Origin: a virus
Lineage: Duplodnaviria > Heunggongvirae > Uroviricota > Caudoviricetes
Reading direction: 5' to 3' (one strand)
Length of the DNA stretch: 64,000 nt
Virus record (IMG/VR): IMGVR_UViG_3300047445_000122
Numbering within the stretch: position 1 is the first letter of the stretch; each line of letters opens with the position of its first letter. This document shows, piece by piece, positions 17,760 through 26,859 of this stretch. The translations under genes were made by a program, and so were the position numbers. Under the pieces are notes generated by a model. It made no database searches, was not told where the DNA came from, and worked only from the letters and a program-made list of their open reading frames with translations.

Positions 17760-18844
17760 TACTTCACCTCGCCGGTGTCAGGATCAACAGTCTCATCACC
17801 CTGGACGCCCAGCTTCTGGGAGGTCAGAGCATACTCATCGCGCACAAAGTCGCGGAACCCTTGGTTGACGATGATCGGCTCCCAGAAGGCATCATCAGCC
17901 ATCAGTTCCTTCAGGCGATACTTCTTGTCGTCCTTGACGCCGCACAGAGGCGTGCGCTGGTAGTAGCCAGAGGTTGGCATGATGATGTAGCCTGCCTTCT
18001 TGGCCAGCTCGAACATGGAGCTGCGCTTGTCGATACCGCCGTCATACGTGACGTGGATCGTGAACTTGGCTTTCTCCTTGACAAAGCGCGACTTCATGAT
18101 GCTGTAGTTGAAGTTCCAGCCCAGCAGTTCCTTGGTGGTGTCGTCCTTGTCTTGGGAACGAGTCACGAACCAGATAGCATCAGAGCTCAGGAAGTTCTGC
18201 TTGCCACCCTTAATGATCGGCTCGGCGTATGGGCTGGACGTGTCATCGTAGTAGGAGTTGATGAAAAAGAAGGGTTGGCCCTTCAGATTCAGTTGTGGAG
18301 TGATGATGCGGAAGAAGGAGTTGATGGACTTCGCACGAGTCATGTCAGTTACAGACTTTTGATCCTCAGCGTCTTCCGCTTCCTTCTTGGAGGCCACCTG
18401 ACTGATGGAGTCCACGAACCACAGGACTTTCTCACCAATCTTCGCCTCACCCAGCATACCCACGACTTGGAAGGTCAGTTCCTCAACGTTGGTGAACGGT
18501 ACGTGGATGATGCGGGTCATATCACAGCCGCGAGTTTCAAACGCAGCCATACCGCCGAATTCACAGTCACCGAAGATGACGATGGCCTCAGGATCGTGTT
18601 GGAGCCATGCGTAGATGATTTCCACACAGAGGTTGGTCTTGAAGGTACGGGAATCACCAACAATCTGGGTGATACCGGCAGTGATACCGCCGTCCATGTG
18701 ACCGGAGCACATGACGTTCAGGATATCAACCATTGTTTTACAGATCACGCGTTTGTCGCCAAACGCGGAGGCATCCAGGGTAGTTGCCAGGGTTTTCGGG
18801 CCTGCTGCCTTGATGAGGCGCGAGGCCAGACTTGAAATTGCCAT
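17759..18844 (-). CDS. uvsX: UvsX recombinase (RecA-like)
   Basis: Close collinear similarity to T4 UvsX as remembered: SRLIKA at the N-terminus; DSISQVASKKEAEDAEDQKSVTDMTRAKSINSFFRIITP versus T4 DSLGNLASKKETEDALNEKVVSDMTRAKTMKSLFRIVTP. Start reassigned to ATG 18844 with AAGGAA SD. Confidence 0.9.
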   Translation of the reverse strand: MAISSLASRLIKAAGPKTLATTLDASAFGDKRVICKTMVDILNVMCSGHMDGGITAGITQIVGDSRTFKTNLCVEIIYAWLQHDPEAIVIFGDCEFGGMAAFETRGCDMTRIIHVPFTNVEELTFQVVGMLGEAKIGEKVLWFVDSISQVASKKEAEDAEDQKSVTDMTRAKSINSFFRIITPQLNLKGQPFFFINSYYDDTSSPYAEPIIKGGKQNFLSSDAIWFVTRSQDKDDTTKELLGWNFNYSIMKSRFVKEKAKFTIHVTYDGGIDKRSSMFELAKKAGYIIMPTSGYYQRTPLCGVKDDKKYRLKELMADDAFWEPIIVNQGFRDFVRDEYALTSQKLGVQGDETVDPDTGEVK

Positions 18845-18854
18845 GCGGGATTCC

Positions 18855-19460
18855 TTATTGGATTGTGACGAACGATTGTTCAATGAAGTCATCGTCCTCC
18901 ATGCCCAACTTATCTGCCATGCGACGCAGGAGATTCATGAGGCTGTTGGTATGGACGATTTGTGAGTTGTAAACCTTGAGACCTGCCAGCTGCTCTTGGA
19001 ATTTAGCAACTTGGTTCTTCAGACTCACGACCTCGGAGAGAGCCGAAATTATAGTGGATTTGGTCTCGAAAGTAAAGGAGCTGAGCTTGTTGAACAAGGC
19101 CTGTTCCTCAACTGTGATCGTGCCATAGATGTGGGCTCCCACAAAGCAAACCTCATCATACTCAAACCCCAGTTCCTCCAGCTTGCTGCTGTTCATGCTC
19201 ATCAGCTCGAAAGCCGCGTCCATGGTCAGCGGCCACAGAGTCCGGTCCAGGACGTTCACTTGGGCAACAACGATGTGTGTCCCGATGACGTCTTTCTGGT
19301 CGTTAGGCAAGATTCCGGCGGCTGGTGACCCGAATTGGTTGAGGTGGTGAGAAAGCTCAACGTACAAGCGTTTAGCCACCTCCTCGGTCAAGCACACGAA
19401 GCGCATGCTCAGAGTCTTCGCGGTCGGGTTCTCCTTGAAGTTCTTCACGTCGTCAAGCAC
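18855..19460 (-). CDS. hypothetical protein (201 aa)
   Basis: Complete ORF between the MazG-like gene and uvsX. Confidence 0.4.
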   Translation of the reverse strand: MLDDVKNFKENPTAKTLSMRFVCLTEEVAKRLYVELSHHLNQFGSPAAGILPNDQKDVIGTHIVVAQVNVLDRTLWPLTMDAAFELMSMNSSKLEELGFEYDEVCFVGAHIYGTITVEEQALFNKLSSFTFETKSTIISALSEVVSLKNQVAKFQEQLAGLKVYNSQIVHTNSLMNLLRRMADKLGMEDDDFIEQSFVTIQ

Positions 19461-20065
19461 AGAGCCTCCTCATTGGCTTTCACATCGACTCCCTTCATCA
19501 CGCCCTTCGCCACGCGCTCATGGTTGCGCTTGTTCTTGAGCATGTAGGCTTCATACAACTCATCGTTGTTGTAGCCCAGGAAGGCGATGCCATGTTGGAT
19601 GAAGTCGATCAAGTACGACATCGTGAACTTGGCTTGGGACATTGCCAACTTGTATGTGTTGGAGCGTGCCGGGCTGATGTCATTCCAGAAATGACGGTAG
19701 GCATCAGACAACTTCGAGTAGAAGTTGGGCTGGTCTGGGGTGACCACATAGCCGGTCGGGAGCGCTTCAATGTCGTCAATCTCGATCATTGGGTAGTGCT
19801 TGACGTATCCGGCGAGCATGAAGTGGATCACATCTACCAGCTCGAACAGGGCTGCTTCACGGTTGAAGACAGGCTTGCGTTCATACCACTTCCACTTCTC
19901 CGTGACTTCCTCCAGGAATTCAGCCAGTTCAGTGTCTGCGGCGGCGTTGAAACGCCAAGCGAATGTTGGGTCAGTTCTCCAGCCGTCGCCATTGTAAGCC
20001 GTGTTGAGGGCTTCTTGAGAACGGCACATGGAACGAATTTGATGGAGGGTCACGATATGGGACAT
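19445..20065 (-). CDS. MazG-like NTP pyrophosphatase (T4 gp56 dCTPase/dUTPase-like)
   Basis: KWKWYERK...ALFELVDVIHFMLAGYV parallels T4 gp56 KWKARYIEAQEK...EIKFELVDIFHFVLNMFVG. Confidence 0.65.
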   Translation of the reverse strand: MSHIVTLHQIRSMCRSQEALNTAYNGDGWRTDPTFAWRFNAAADTELAEFLEEVTEKWKWYERKPVFNREAALFELVDVIHFMLAGYVKHYPMIEIDDIEALPTGYVVTPDQPNFYSKLSDAYRHFWNDISPARSNTYKLAMSQAKFTMSYLIDFIQHGIAFLGYNNDELYEAYMLKNKRNHERVAKGVMKGVDVKANEEALCLTT

Positions 20066-20646
20066 TAGTAGGTCACGCCTTTCTGTTCAGCGAAGTGTTT
20101 GAAGAAGTCAAGGAACGGACCAGTGCCATCCAGACAGTTGTTGAAGGTCGCATGGAAGTCGTTGAAACCACGGATGTACTCCTCGAAGGGGTGTGGAGCG
20201 AGACCTGATTTGCGTTCAACCTTGATGATGGGAACGTCCAGAGGCTTCAACAGCTCCTCATACTCATCCTCAGTGCGGAAGTCAGTGATCACGTACAGGC
20301 GTTCTGGATTTGCGATCACAGCCGGCATCTGATTCTTGATGAAGGCACGGACGAAATACTTGGAGTCCACTTCACGTACCTTGCCGGCCACCAGGATGAT
20401 GTCCCGGCCTGTCGCGCCTGTGGTATTGTTCGGGTGTTCATACACCTTGTCTTTCTGTTCATCGGGCATGTATGCGTTGAACCAAGGGAACATAACCTGT
20501 GCCAGGTTCCGTACTTCATCACTGAAGGACAGACGGACAGCATTATGTTCCTTGACGAGGATGGAGGCAAGGTAATCCTTGCCCACCCTACGTTCACCAC
20601 ACAAACACACCAGATTCTTTCGAGCTGGGCGTGCGATGGTATTCAT
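20065..20646 (-). CDS. deoxynucleoside monophosphate kinase (T4 gp1-like)
   Basis: P-loop CGERRVGKD (T4 gp1 has GVKRSGKD) and the YVITDFRTEDE region (T4 has YIVPDTRQDHE). Translationally coupled to the neighbouring genes. Confidence 0.65.
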   Translation of the reverse strand: MNTIARPARKNLVCLCGERRVGKDYLASILVKEHNAVRLSFSDEVRNLAQVMFPWFNAYMPDEQKDKVYEHPNNTTGATGRDIILVAGKVREVDSKYFVRAFIKNQMPAVIANPERLYVITDFRTEDEYEELLKPLDVPIIKVERKSGLAPHPFEEYIRGFNDFHATFNNCLDGTGPFLDFFKHFAEQKGVTY

Positions 20647-20647
20647 G

Positions 20648-21724
20648 TTACTCCATAATGTTGAATTTGCGGAACGGCGACCAGGTCACGGCGCTCAGGA
20701 GGTCGCCTTGGAGGCGGCGCGTTACGCGGTGTTGGTAGATCACACCCTTCTTCGACAGGATATATCCATACACCAGAGCAGCGTATTCATACATCAGGTC
20801 GCCGTAACCGACAGCATAGCGATCAAAGATGTCTTCGATCTGGTTCCAGTGTTTGCCCCTCTCAGCTTCCAGGATTTCAGTGGTCTGGGTGATCATGGAA
20901 CCGTATTGAGCAATCAGCTCGCTGAAGAAGTGTTCCCACACCAGGTGACCGCCAACTGGACCAACCAGAGCAACATCATTCTCATGGAAGTTCTGTTTCT
21001 CCTCCAGGACAGCATCGAACTGGTCAATGAAGTCGCTGTAGACGTGGGCATTGGTGACGTGCCAGCGGTAGGAACCCAGCTTCACAGTCGGGTGGATCTT
21101 CTTCACCTCATTGTACATCAGCTCGTGGATGAAACTGAACTCGAATGGGTTGATCGAGCCAGTACCAAACAACAGGTCGCCAGAGCGTTGGATACACTTG
21201 GTGTGGAACTCACCATTCTCCACATAGAAGTGGAGCTCACGATTGCATGGGATGTCTTTTGGTACATGACCTTCACCATACACAGCTTCGATGGCTTCCA
21301 GGTTGTCGATGGTTGGGTCAGCAATCGTGACGAAGGAGCGGCGGGTGTTGATACCGTCATTGCGGAATTGATCAACAGCAGTCTGGAACTGGCTGTAACG
21401 ATGGAGGCGAGGGCCGTATGCGCCGTGCCAGGTAACTCCATCATCGCTGTAGTTCTTTGCGCGGGGCAGGAAGAAGTCCAGGTATGGGGTCACTGCGTTG
21501 GCTCCAGCCATGACCCAGAAGGTCTCAGCGATCAGCTGGAAGATGTTGGATTTGCGTCCGTGGAGGTGTAGGTGGCGGGAGCGGGGATTTTTGAACTCCA
21601 GCGTCGTGTCGTACATCGCCAGAGCGTACCCATTGCGGGTGTCTTGTTTGATACCTTCCTTTTGAAGGGCTTGGAAGGCTCGGTGGATTGTGTGTGAGAC
21701 GGTGTTGCCTCGGATAGTTCTCAT
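20648..21724 (-). CDS. ThyA-superfamily enzyme (thymidylate synthase or dUMP/dCMP hydroxymethylase) with about 90-aa C-terminal extension
   Basis: ThyA landmarks in order: RNGYA, ETFWVM, YGP, NTRRSFVT, catalytic PCN, QRSGDLLFG...N, AHVYS. The sequence continues a further 90 aa beyond the canonical fold. Confidence 0.75.
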   Translation of the reverse strand: MRTIRGNTVSHTIHRAFQALQKEGIKQDTRNGYALAMYDTTLEFKNPRSRHLHLHGRKSNIFQLIAETFWVMAGANAVTPYLDFFLPRAKNYSDDGVTWHGAYGPRLHRYSQFQTAVDQFRNDGINTRRSFVTIADPTIDNLEAIEAVYGEGHVPKDIPCNRELHFYVENGEFHTKCIQRSGDLLFGTGSINPFEFSFIHELMYNEVKKIHPTVKLGSYRWHVTNAHVYSDFIDQFDAVLEEKQNFHENDVALVGPVGGHLVWEHFFSELIAQYGSMITQTTEILEAERGKHWNQIEDIFDRYAVGYGDLMYEYAALVYGYILSKKGVIYQHRVTRRLQGDLLSAVTWSPFRKFNIME

Positions 21725-21802
21725 GAAACTCCTTCTTGTTGCTAGAGGTCGTATTATACCTCAGGCTGTTGGTAGTTGGAAACCCAGGGGTCAAGACCAA
21801 GA

Positions 21803-22003
21803 TCAATCGAATAGCGCTGTATATTGATGGCGCTTGTTGTCGTATTGAGGATGCTCTCTGTAGTTACACCCTTGGCGCATTGCCCACACTGTGAAATCGT
21901 TCTTCAGAGCCAGCAACCCACAGCCCGAACAAATGGGCCATGGCAGTCGCTTGGTCTGGACGAATGAGTGTGGATCAGGCTTATACGCTGGCTGTTTTGC
22001 CAT
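21803..22003 (-). CDS. small Cys-containing hypothetical protein (66 aa)
   Basis: Complete ORF in the same orientation as its neighbours. Confidence 0.3.
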   Translation of the reverse strand: MAKQPAYKPDPHSFVQTKRLPWPICSGCGLLALKNDFTVWAMRQGCNYREHPQYDNKRHQYTALFD

Positions 22004-22093
22004 TGGTTGCGGGAGCCGGGGGAGGAGGGGGAGGCGGGAACCAGAGACTGAAGATCATCATCCCCAGAATCTGGCTGACCGCTGATGCGCTGA

Positions 22094-23275
22094 TCATTTC
22101 TGTTTCTTCTCTTTGGCGAGCAGGTAGCTGTTGGAGATAACCTTGAAGGTGAACTCCGGGCGGGTCGTGGACTTGTACACATGGCCCTCACGCTTGACGT
22201 CCTTGTTCATGCCTGGGCCTTCAGCCAGTTCCAACAGCTTTGGAACAATCAAGTCGCCCTCGTTCATCAGTTCACTCAGTGGACCAATGAAGTCGATTGG
22301 GGTGTGCTTGACCTCGAATTCATCGGCCATCGCTTGGCGCTCGGCGGCAGTCCAGTACTTCTGCTTGTCAATGTCATACACATCAAACAGGCGGAACTCC
22401 AGGCCTTTGACCTTCTCGTGGTTGTCCTGGATGTTAGGTGCCAGGAGCTCACCTTGGAGGGCATGGGAGCCGTCCAGGCATTCCAGAACTTGGATCAGTT
22501 GTTGGTTATTCACAGCGGCCCAGAAGTTCGAGCCGTCATCGTCGCGCAGTTGCAGGTTGCGCGAGCAAACAGCAGTCACAGGCTCCTTGTACAGACCGAA
22601 CTTGAGCTTGAAGCCGTGTATCAGCTTCCGAATCAAGCCTGGATTCGAGGCTTTGAACTTGAGGTTGATCGCTTCATTGAAGTGTTTCGAGTCCGGGCGA
22701 ACCAGATACGCAGTCAGGGAGGAGCCATCCAGCTTGATCGTGCGCTCAAACACCTCACCCTTGTGGGTGGCAGAGCTCACGGTTTGAACCATGTTCTGGA
22801 CACGCGGTTGATCGGTCTTCGACACGAAGGAAGGAAACACGCGGATTGCGCCGCCGCCATTCGATGCGCCGCCGTTGTTGGTCTTGGCTTCCTCAACAGG
22901 CTCCCACTTCACAATCTTCAGATCGCTGGTGACGTCATCGCCTTCTTTCCAGTTGATCAGCTTCAGTTCCTTGAACTCCTGGATTGGCATCAACAGACCC
23001 TGGGACAGAGTACCACGCAGCTTGATGGTCTTGACACGCATACCGCGACGGCCATCCCAGTTGCTAAAGCGCTCCTCAAAGGAAGCATAGCGTGGATCAG
23101 AGGCATCAAGCCAGCTGTCCACTTCCATGTACACGGCCAGATCGCCTTCCATGTACAGTCCTTTCTGGACCACACATTGCCAGCCGTCGATCAGGGCCAG
23201 TTGAATCTTGTCAGCGCCTTCGATAGGCAGCAGTTGTGAGATGCGGCGAATTGTCGCCAGCTTACGTTCAGTCAT
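22094..23275 (-). CDS. ATP-dependent RNA/DNA ligase-family nucleotidyltransferase with a 180-aa N-terminal domain (Rnl5/DraRnl-like architecture)
   Basis: Motif I KLDGSS about 180 aa from the N-terminus. Start reassigned to ATG 23275 (MTERK) with GGAG SD. Confidence 0.45.
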   Translation of the reverse strand: MTERKLATIRRISQLLPIEGADKIQLALIDGWQCVVQKGLYMEGDLAVYMEVDSWLDASDPRYASFEERFSNWDGRRGMRVKTIKLRGTLSQGLLMPIQEFKELKLINWKEGDDVTSDLKIVKWEPVEEAKTNNGGASNGGGAIRVFPSFVSKTDQPRVQNMVQTVSSATHKGEVFERTIKLDGSSLTAYLVRPDSKHFNEAINLKFKASNPGLIRKLIHGFKLKFGLYKEPVTAVCSRNLQLRDDDGSNFWAAVNNQQLIQVLECLDGSHALQGELLAPNIQDNHEKVKGLEFRLFDVYDIDKQKYWTAAERQAMADEFEVKHTPIDFIGPLSELMNEGDLIVPKLLELAEGPGMNKDVKREGHVYKSTTRPEFTFKVISNSYLLAKEKKQK

Positions 23276-23399
23276 TGATACTCCGGGAATAGGATATGAA
23301 GATGCGTCCTGGACACGCGAGAGCATGGCTAGGAGCAGTGAGGAGGGGATGACCCAAGGATAGGGTCACAAAGCGGGAGGAGACAGCCCGGAACGGGCC

Positions 23400-23432
23400 T
23401 TAAAACGGAAAGCGCCCCGGAGGGCGCTTGAT
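23400..23432 (-). terminator. rho-independent terminator (minus strand)
   Basis: GCGCCCCGG-a-GGGCGC with a T-run on the minus strand. Confidence 0.55.
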
Positions 23433-23436
23433 GGAA

Positions 23437-23721
23437 CTACTGACGTATGATGCGGTGCGCGTAGACTTCAACCGCGACTTTGATCATTGAGGGTTGCCCA
23501 TCCACCACTTGGGCGATGTAGAGTAGACCTTGCGGCAATTGGAACTTGTCCAATTGCGACTTGATGCCCTCTTCTGTACTGTATAAAGCCGGATCAAGCT
23601 TCATACGAACTCCCATGAAGGTCGCGTGATCGCACTTGTCAATCAACTTTCGATCTTCTGCTGAGTACGTCAAAAGTTCAAGGATGGTCTTGGTGTGACC
23701 AACACTCTTGATTCGGTCCAT
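23437..23721 (-). CDS. hypothetical protein (94 aa)
   Basis: Complete ORF followed by a terminator. Confidence 0.4.
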   Translation of the reverse strand: MDRIKSVGHTKTILELLTYSAEDRKLIDKCDHATFMGVRMKLDPALYSTEEGIKSQLDKFQLPQGLLYIAQVVDGQPSMIKVAVEVYAHRIIRQ

Positions 23722-23722
23722 G

Positions 23723-23905
23723 TCAGGCGAAGAACCAGCTGAAGGTCTGCTTGATGACAGACAGGGTCAGTTTGTGAGTGATCAGCCAGTACGGCAGTGA
23801 GATCCACCAGAAGATCCAGTTCAGGATCGCGTAACCGATGCTGTGGTGGAGAGTCCATCCCACCATCGCGCTGAAGCAAGCCACCAGAACGTAGAGCACT
23901 TTCAT
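23723..23905 (-). CDS. small membrane protein (60 aa)
   Basis: Two hydrophobic helices; coupled to its neighbours. Confidence 0.3.
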   Translation of the reverse strand: MKVLYVLVACFSAMVGWTLHHSIGYAILNWIFWWISLPYWLITHKLTLSVIKQTFSWFFA

Positions 23906-24333
23906 TCGCAGCCTTTCAAGTGGTTGTCAACAACTTGAGCAGCCAGCTTGCCATCGTACATGCCGTTGAAGTTGTCCTTGAGGTACTTCATCAGCGCACC
24001 TTTGTTCATAGGCAGGGTCACGGCGCGGAGAGCAGCGGTCAGATCGGCCACGCCCATTTGTTTCGGCAGGTACGCTTCCAGGATCGAGCGCTCAGCCAAC
24101 AGTTCATTGACGCGGGTCTCGGCCTTCGTGAAGCTGTGCTCCTCGTCAACCGTCTTGATGGATTTGCGAACTGCGTCAACGGCGTCAGCGTCAGTCGCTT
24201 CGCGGTTGCCGTCTTTCTTGGCCACAGCTGCGATTGCGCCGATGAGGTTGGCCAGTTTCCCGGCCTTGAACTTGTCGCCAGCCTTCAGGGCGTCTTCACG
24301 GTCTTGCTTGATACGGTCAATCAGAGTCGTCAT
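23902..24333 (-). CDS. GatB/YqeY-domain protein
   Basis: Length and sequence pattern typical of the YqeY family. Confidence 0.45.
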   Translation of the reverse strand: MTTLIDRIKQDREDALKAGDKFKAGKLANLIGAIAAVAKKDGNREATDADAVDAVRKSIKTVDEEHSFTKAETRVNELLAERSILEAYLPKQMGVADLTAALRAVTLPMNKGALMKYLKDNFNGMYDGKLAAQVVDNHLKGCE

Positions 24334-24518
24334 CTGTTTCCTTTCATGATATTGTCGATCAGCGCCTCAGCCGACTGGATTTGTACCAGGGCCAGGCGCA
24401 GGGTTTCGTTGCCTTGGAGGGTCACCGGGCAGTCATACTGCAAGGCTTCCTTGATGCCACGCTTGTCCTTCCAGTACTCCCACATGTGGCGTTCGGTTGG
24501 TTCAACGAATTTGTTCAT
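24330..24518 (-). CDS. small hypothetical protein (62 aa)
   Basis: ATGA-coupled ORF. Confidence 0.3.
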   Translation of the reverse strand: MNKFVEPTERHMWEYWKDKRGIKEALQYDCPVTLQGNETLRLALVQIQSAEALIDNIMKGNR

Positions 24519-24753
24519 CTTTCTTCCTCCAAGGCCAGTAGGTTTCCAGGCAGTGAGCCAGGATGAGTGTGTTGAGGATCGGAACCAGGATGGCGATCAG
24601 AAGGAGGGTCAGAGCGGCCAGCTTGTCTTCCATAACGCGGGTTGGGCGTGTAGTCTTATTGACCATATCGTACCAACCGCTCAACATCCAGATGATCTGG
24701 ACGCCGACGCCGATTGCTGAGACCAGGTAGACGATGACCAGGAATTTGATCAT
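24502..24753 (-). CDS. small membrane protein (83 aa)
   Basis: Hydrophobic helices. Confidence 0.3.
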   Translation of the reverse strand: MIKFLVIVYLVSAIGVGVQIIWMLSGWYDMVNKTTRPTRVMEDKLAALTLLLIAILVPILNTLILAHCLETYWPWRKKDEQIR

Positions 24754-25028
24754 TTGTCTTCCTTCATGAACTTCTCCACGAACAGAGCCTCAGCTTTCGC
24801 CACGGTCTCGGATTCAACCCACTTCATCTGCGTCCACAGACGGCCATTGCCGTTCAGGAAGTCCGCAGCCACAGCGAAGGTCTTGTGCTCTTCCTTCGTG
24901 AGGGCGGTCTTGATTTTCATCGCGCCGATGATGTTGAAGGCTTGGGCCTTCTTGCCGGCATTGAAGCACTCAATCGCCTTGGCGATGTTGTTCATTGGAG
25001 GCAGGGATGGTTTGGTGGAGTTGTTCAT
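24750..25028 (-). CDS. hypothetical protein (about 92 aa)
   Basis: Start reassigned to ATG 25028, preceded by AAGGAAC and located 29 nt downstream of the promoter -10 at 25057..25062. Confidence 0.4.
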   Translation of the reverse strand: MNNSTKPSLPPMNNIAKAIECFNAGKKAQAFNIIGAMKIKTALTKEEHKTFAVAADFLNGNGRLWTQMKWVESETVAKAEALFVEKFMKEDK

Positions 25029-25056
25029 AATGTAGGTTCCTTTCACAGATGAGTCT

Positions 25057-25104
25057 ATTATACGGACAACATCTGTGAAAGTAAAGTGGTCTGAAGAAAT
25101 ATTT
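25057..25104 (-). promoter_or_regulatory. conserved phage promoter
   Basis: Minus strand reads AAATATTT..CCACTTTACTTT..GTCCGTATAAT. Lies upstream of ATG 25028. Confidence 0.55.
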
Positions 25105-25123
25105 TATTGACCTGCGCGCTTGA

Positions 25124-25324
25124 CTACCTTTTGAATGTGATCCAGTTGGTGAACATGAAGACTGCCAGGAGGGCAACTAACATCACCCAGAGAGCCCATT
25201 GGGTCTTGGAGGTTGGTTGGTCATTGATTGGCCAGAGACACCAGAGCGCCAGGAAGCCGGAACCGCCGAAGAAGAACATGGCCTTCATACAGCCTTCGAG
25301 GAATTTGAGGATTGAGATTTCCAT
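25124..25324 (-). CDS. small membrane protein (66 aa)
   Basis: Two TM helices. Terminator at 25336..25358 upstream. Confidence 0.3.
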   Translation of the reverse strand: MEISILKFLEGCMKAMFFFGGSGFLALWCLWPINDQPTSKTQWALWVMLVALLAVFMFTNWITFKR

Positions 25325-25329
25325 GATGT

Positions 25330-25358
25330 AAAGAAAAAGCGCCCCGGAGGGCGCTGGG
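25330..25358 (-). terminator. rho-independent terminator (minus strand)
   Basis: AAAGAAAAAGCGCCCCGGAGGGCGC. Confidence 0.55.
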
Positions 25359-25362
25359 TTAA

Positions 25363-25773
25363 TCAGAACAGCTTTTCAAAGCCGAAGGATTTGATCATCC
25401 AGAATTCATCACCCATCTGGATGATGTTGCCCACGCTCATGGAGGTGTGGCTGAGACCCTTGCTGATGATCAACTCGCGCGCTTGACCGTCTGGAGACCA
25501 GAAGTCACCCTGGAGAACGCCATAGATGTGTTCCAGATGCTCAAACACGGTCTCGCCTTCGTTGATGGCTGGACCGACAAAGCTGCCCAGCTCCACATAC
25601 TTCTCGGTCAGGGTTTCGCGGGTCGGCAGCAAGCCCTCTTCCTTCATGAAGTTGTAGCCCATCAGGGAGTCGCGCACGAAGGTGGAGTTGGCGTACCAGG
25701 CCTTGTACTTGTCGCCAACAGCGAGGATCGGTTGGTGTTGGGCTGCGTCGTTGAGGGTCTTGAACATTTCCAT
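25363..25773 (-). CDS. hypothetical protein (136 aa)
   Basis: Complete ORF; terminator downstream. Confidence 0.45.
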   Translation of the reverse strand: MEMFKTLNDAAQHQPILAVGDKYKAWYANSTFVRDSLMGYNFMKEEGLLPTRETLTEKYVELGSFVGPAINEGETVFEHLEHIYGVLQGDFWSPDGQARELIISKGLSHTSMSVGNIIQMGDEFWMIKSFGFEKLF

Positions 25774-25841
25774 GATGTAGTTTCCTGTAGTTGAGGTTGA
25801 CCGGATTGATCAACTTGAGAAGGATTATAAACCCATTCCAG

Positions 25842-25875
25842 GAAAAAGAAAAGCCCCTTTCGGGGCTTATTTTAA
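25842..25875. terminator. bidirectional rho-independent terminator
   Basis: AAAAGAAAAGCCCC-tttc-GGGGCTTATTTT. Confidence 0.6.
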
Positions 25876-26474
25876 ACTTGCTGAGACCACTCTTGGAGGG
25901 CTGTCTGGAACAAGTCATACATCTTGTCGCGCTTGTCGTTGTCGCTGAAGGGCATGGAGCCGCTGCGGGTGTCATCAGAACAACCCAGAAGCCAGATGCG
26001 GTCTGTTTGGATGTCCATCCGGCTGCGAGTGATGACCTCCACACCGTTGCTGGCCTTGAACACGATAGGCGTGTCGTCAGTCCCGCGATTGCGTGTGTAC
26101 TCATCCTGGTAGATGATGTCGAACGTGAGGCGGCGCTCGGTCTTGATAAGGCTGTAGCGCAGCAACACACGGTCGCGCTTGTCCAACAGGTCGTGGTACG
26201 AGGGGACAGGCGGGTTGTACATGTTGGTGATACGCCTGTGTTGTTCCTTCTGCCACTTCAGGAATTCATCCATCATGCCCATAGCCATACCGGCTTCGGA
26301 GTCCTCGTCATCAGGGTCGCCGCTGTAGAAGGAGCGGATGAACTCACGCGCCTTCATCTTGTCGGGCATGGGCACTTGTCCCAGTTGATGTTCAACACCG
26401 TCCTTGATGCCGATGCCTTCACACATCTCAGGCAGGTTGGTGCTCATGTCTTGTGGTTTGTACTTGGTTTCCAT
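25872..26474 (-). CDS. hypothetical protein (about 200 aa)
   Basis: The ATG at 26474 (METKYK) is preferred over the TTG at 26492. Confidence 0.45.
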   Translation of the reverse strand: METKYKPQDMSTNLPEMCEGIGIKDGVEHQLGQVPMPDKMKAREFIRSFYSGDPDDEDSEAGMAMGMMDEFLKWQKEQHRRITNMYNPPVPSYHDLLDKRDRVLLRYSLIKTERRLTFDIIYQDEYTRNRGTDDTPIVFKASNGVEVITRSRMDIQTDRIWLLGCSDDTRSGSMPFSDNDKRDKMYDLFQTALQEWSQQV

Positions 26475-26481
26475 TGTTCCC

Positions 26482-26844
26482 TCAGTGTACAACGATTGCG
26501 TTCATATAGCCTTCCCAGAACAGGTCTTGCTGCTCGCGGGTTGGTTCCGGTTCGGCACCAAACAGAATGTCCTGGGCCTTCTCAACTTCCATCTTCATCA
26601 CCTTGCAGTTGCGTCCCCAGAGGTAGAAGTCTGGGTTGAGAGTGTCGATGGACACGACTGGGGTGAGCTCAACAGCCGGCTGTTGGGTCTGCTCTTCCAG
26701 GTGGATCAAGCTCAAGGTCGGGGTGAAGCGCTCGGTCTCCTTGTCCTTCCAGAACATGTGTTGGGCCTTCTCGAACACACGGTGGCCGATGCGTACTTGA
26801 GTGCCCAAGAGATAGGCGTGCAGCTTGGTCTGTTGTGGTGCCAT
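26482..26844 (-). CDS. hypothetical protein (120 aa)
   Basis: Complete ORF. Confidence 0.4.
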   Translation of the reverse strand: MAPQQTKLHAYLLGTQVRIGHRVFEKAQHMFWKDKETERFTPTLSLIHLEEQTQQPAVELTPVVSIDTLNPDFYLWGRNCKVMKMEVEKAQDILFGAEPEPTREQQDLFWEGYMNAIVVH

Positions 26845-26859
26845 GATATAGTCCCTTCG

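Noticed and set aside
17735-18835. 366-aa plus-strand ORF
   Set aside because: Antisense to uvsX, whose identity is secure.
22181-23239. 352-aa plus-strand ORF
   Set aside because: Antisense to the ligase-family gene, which has a KxDG motif and a proper SD.
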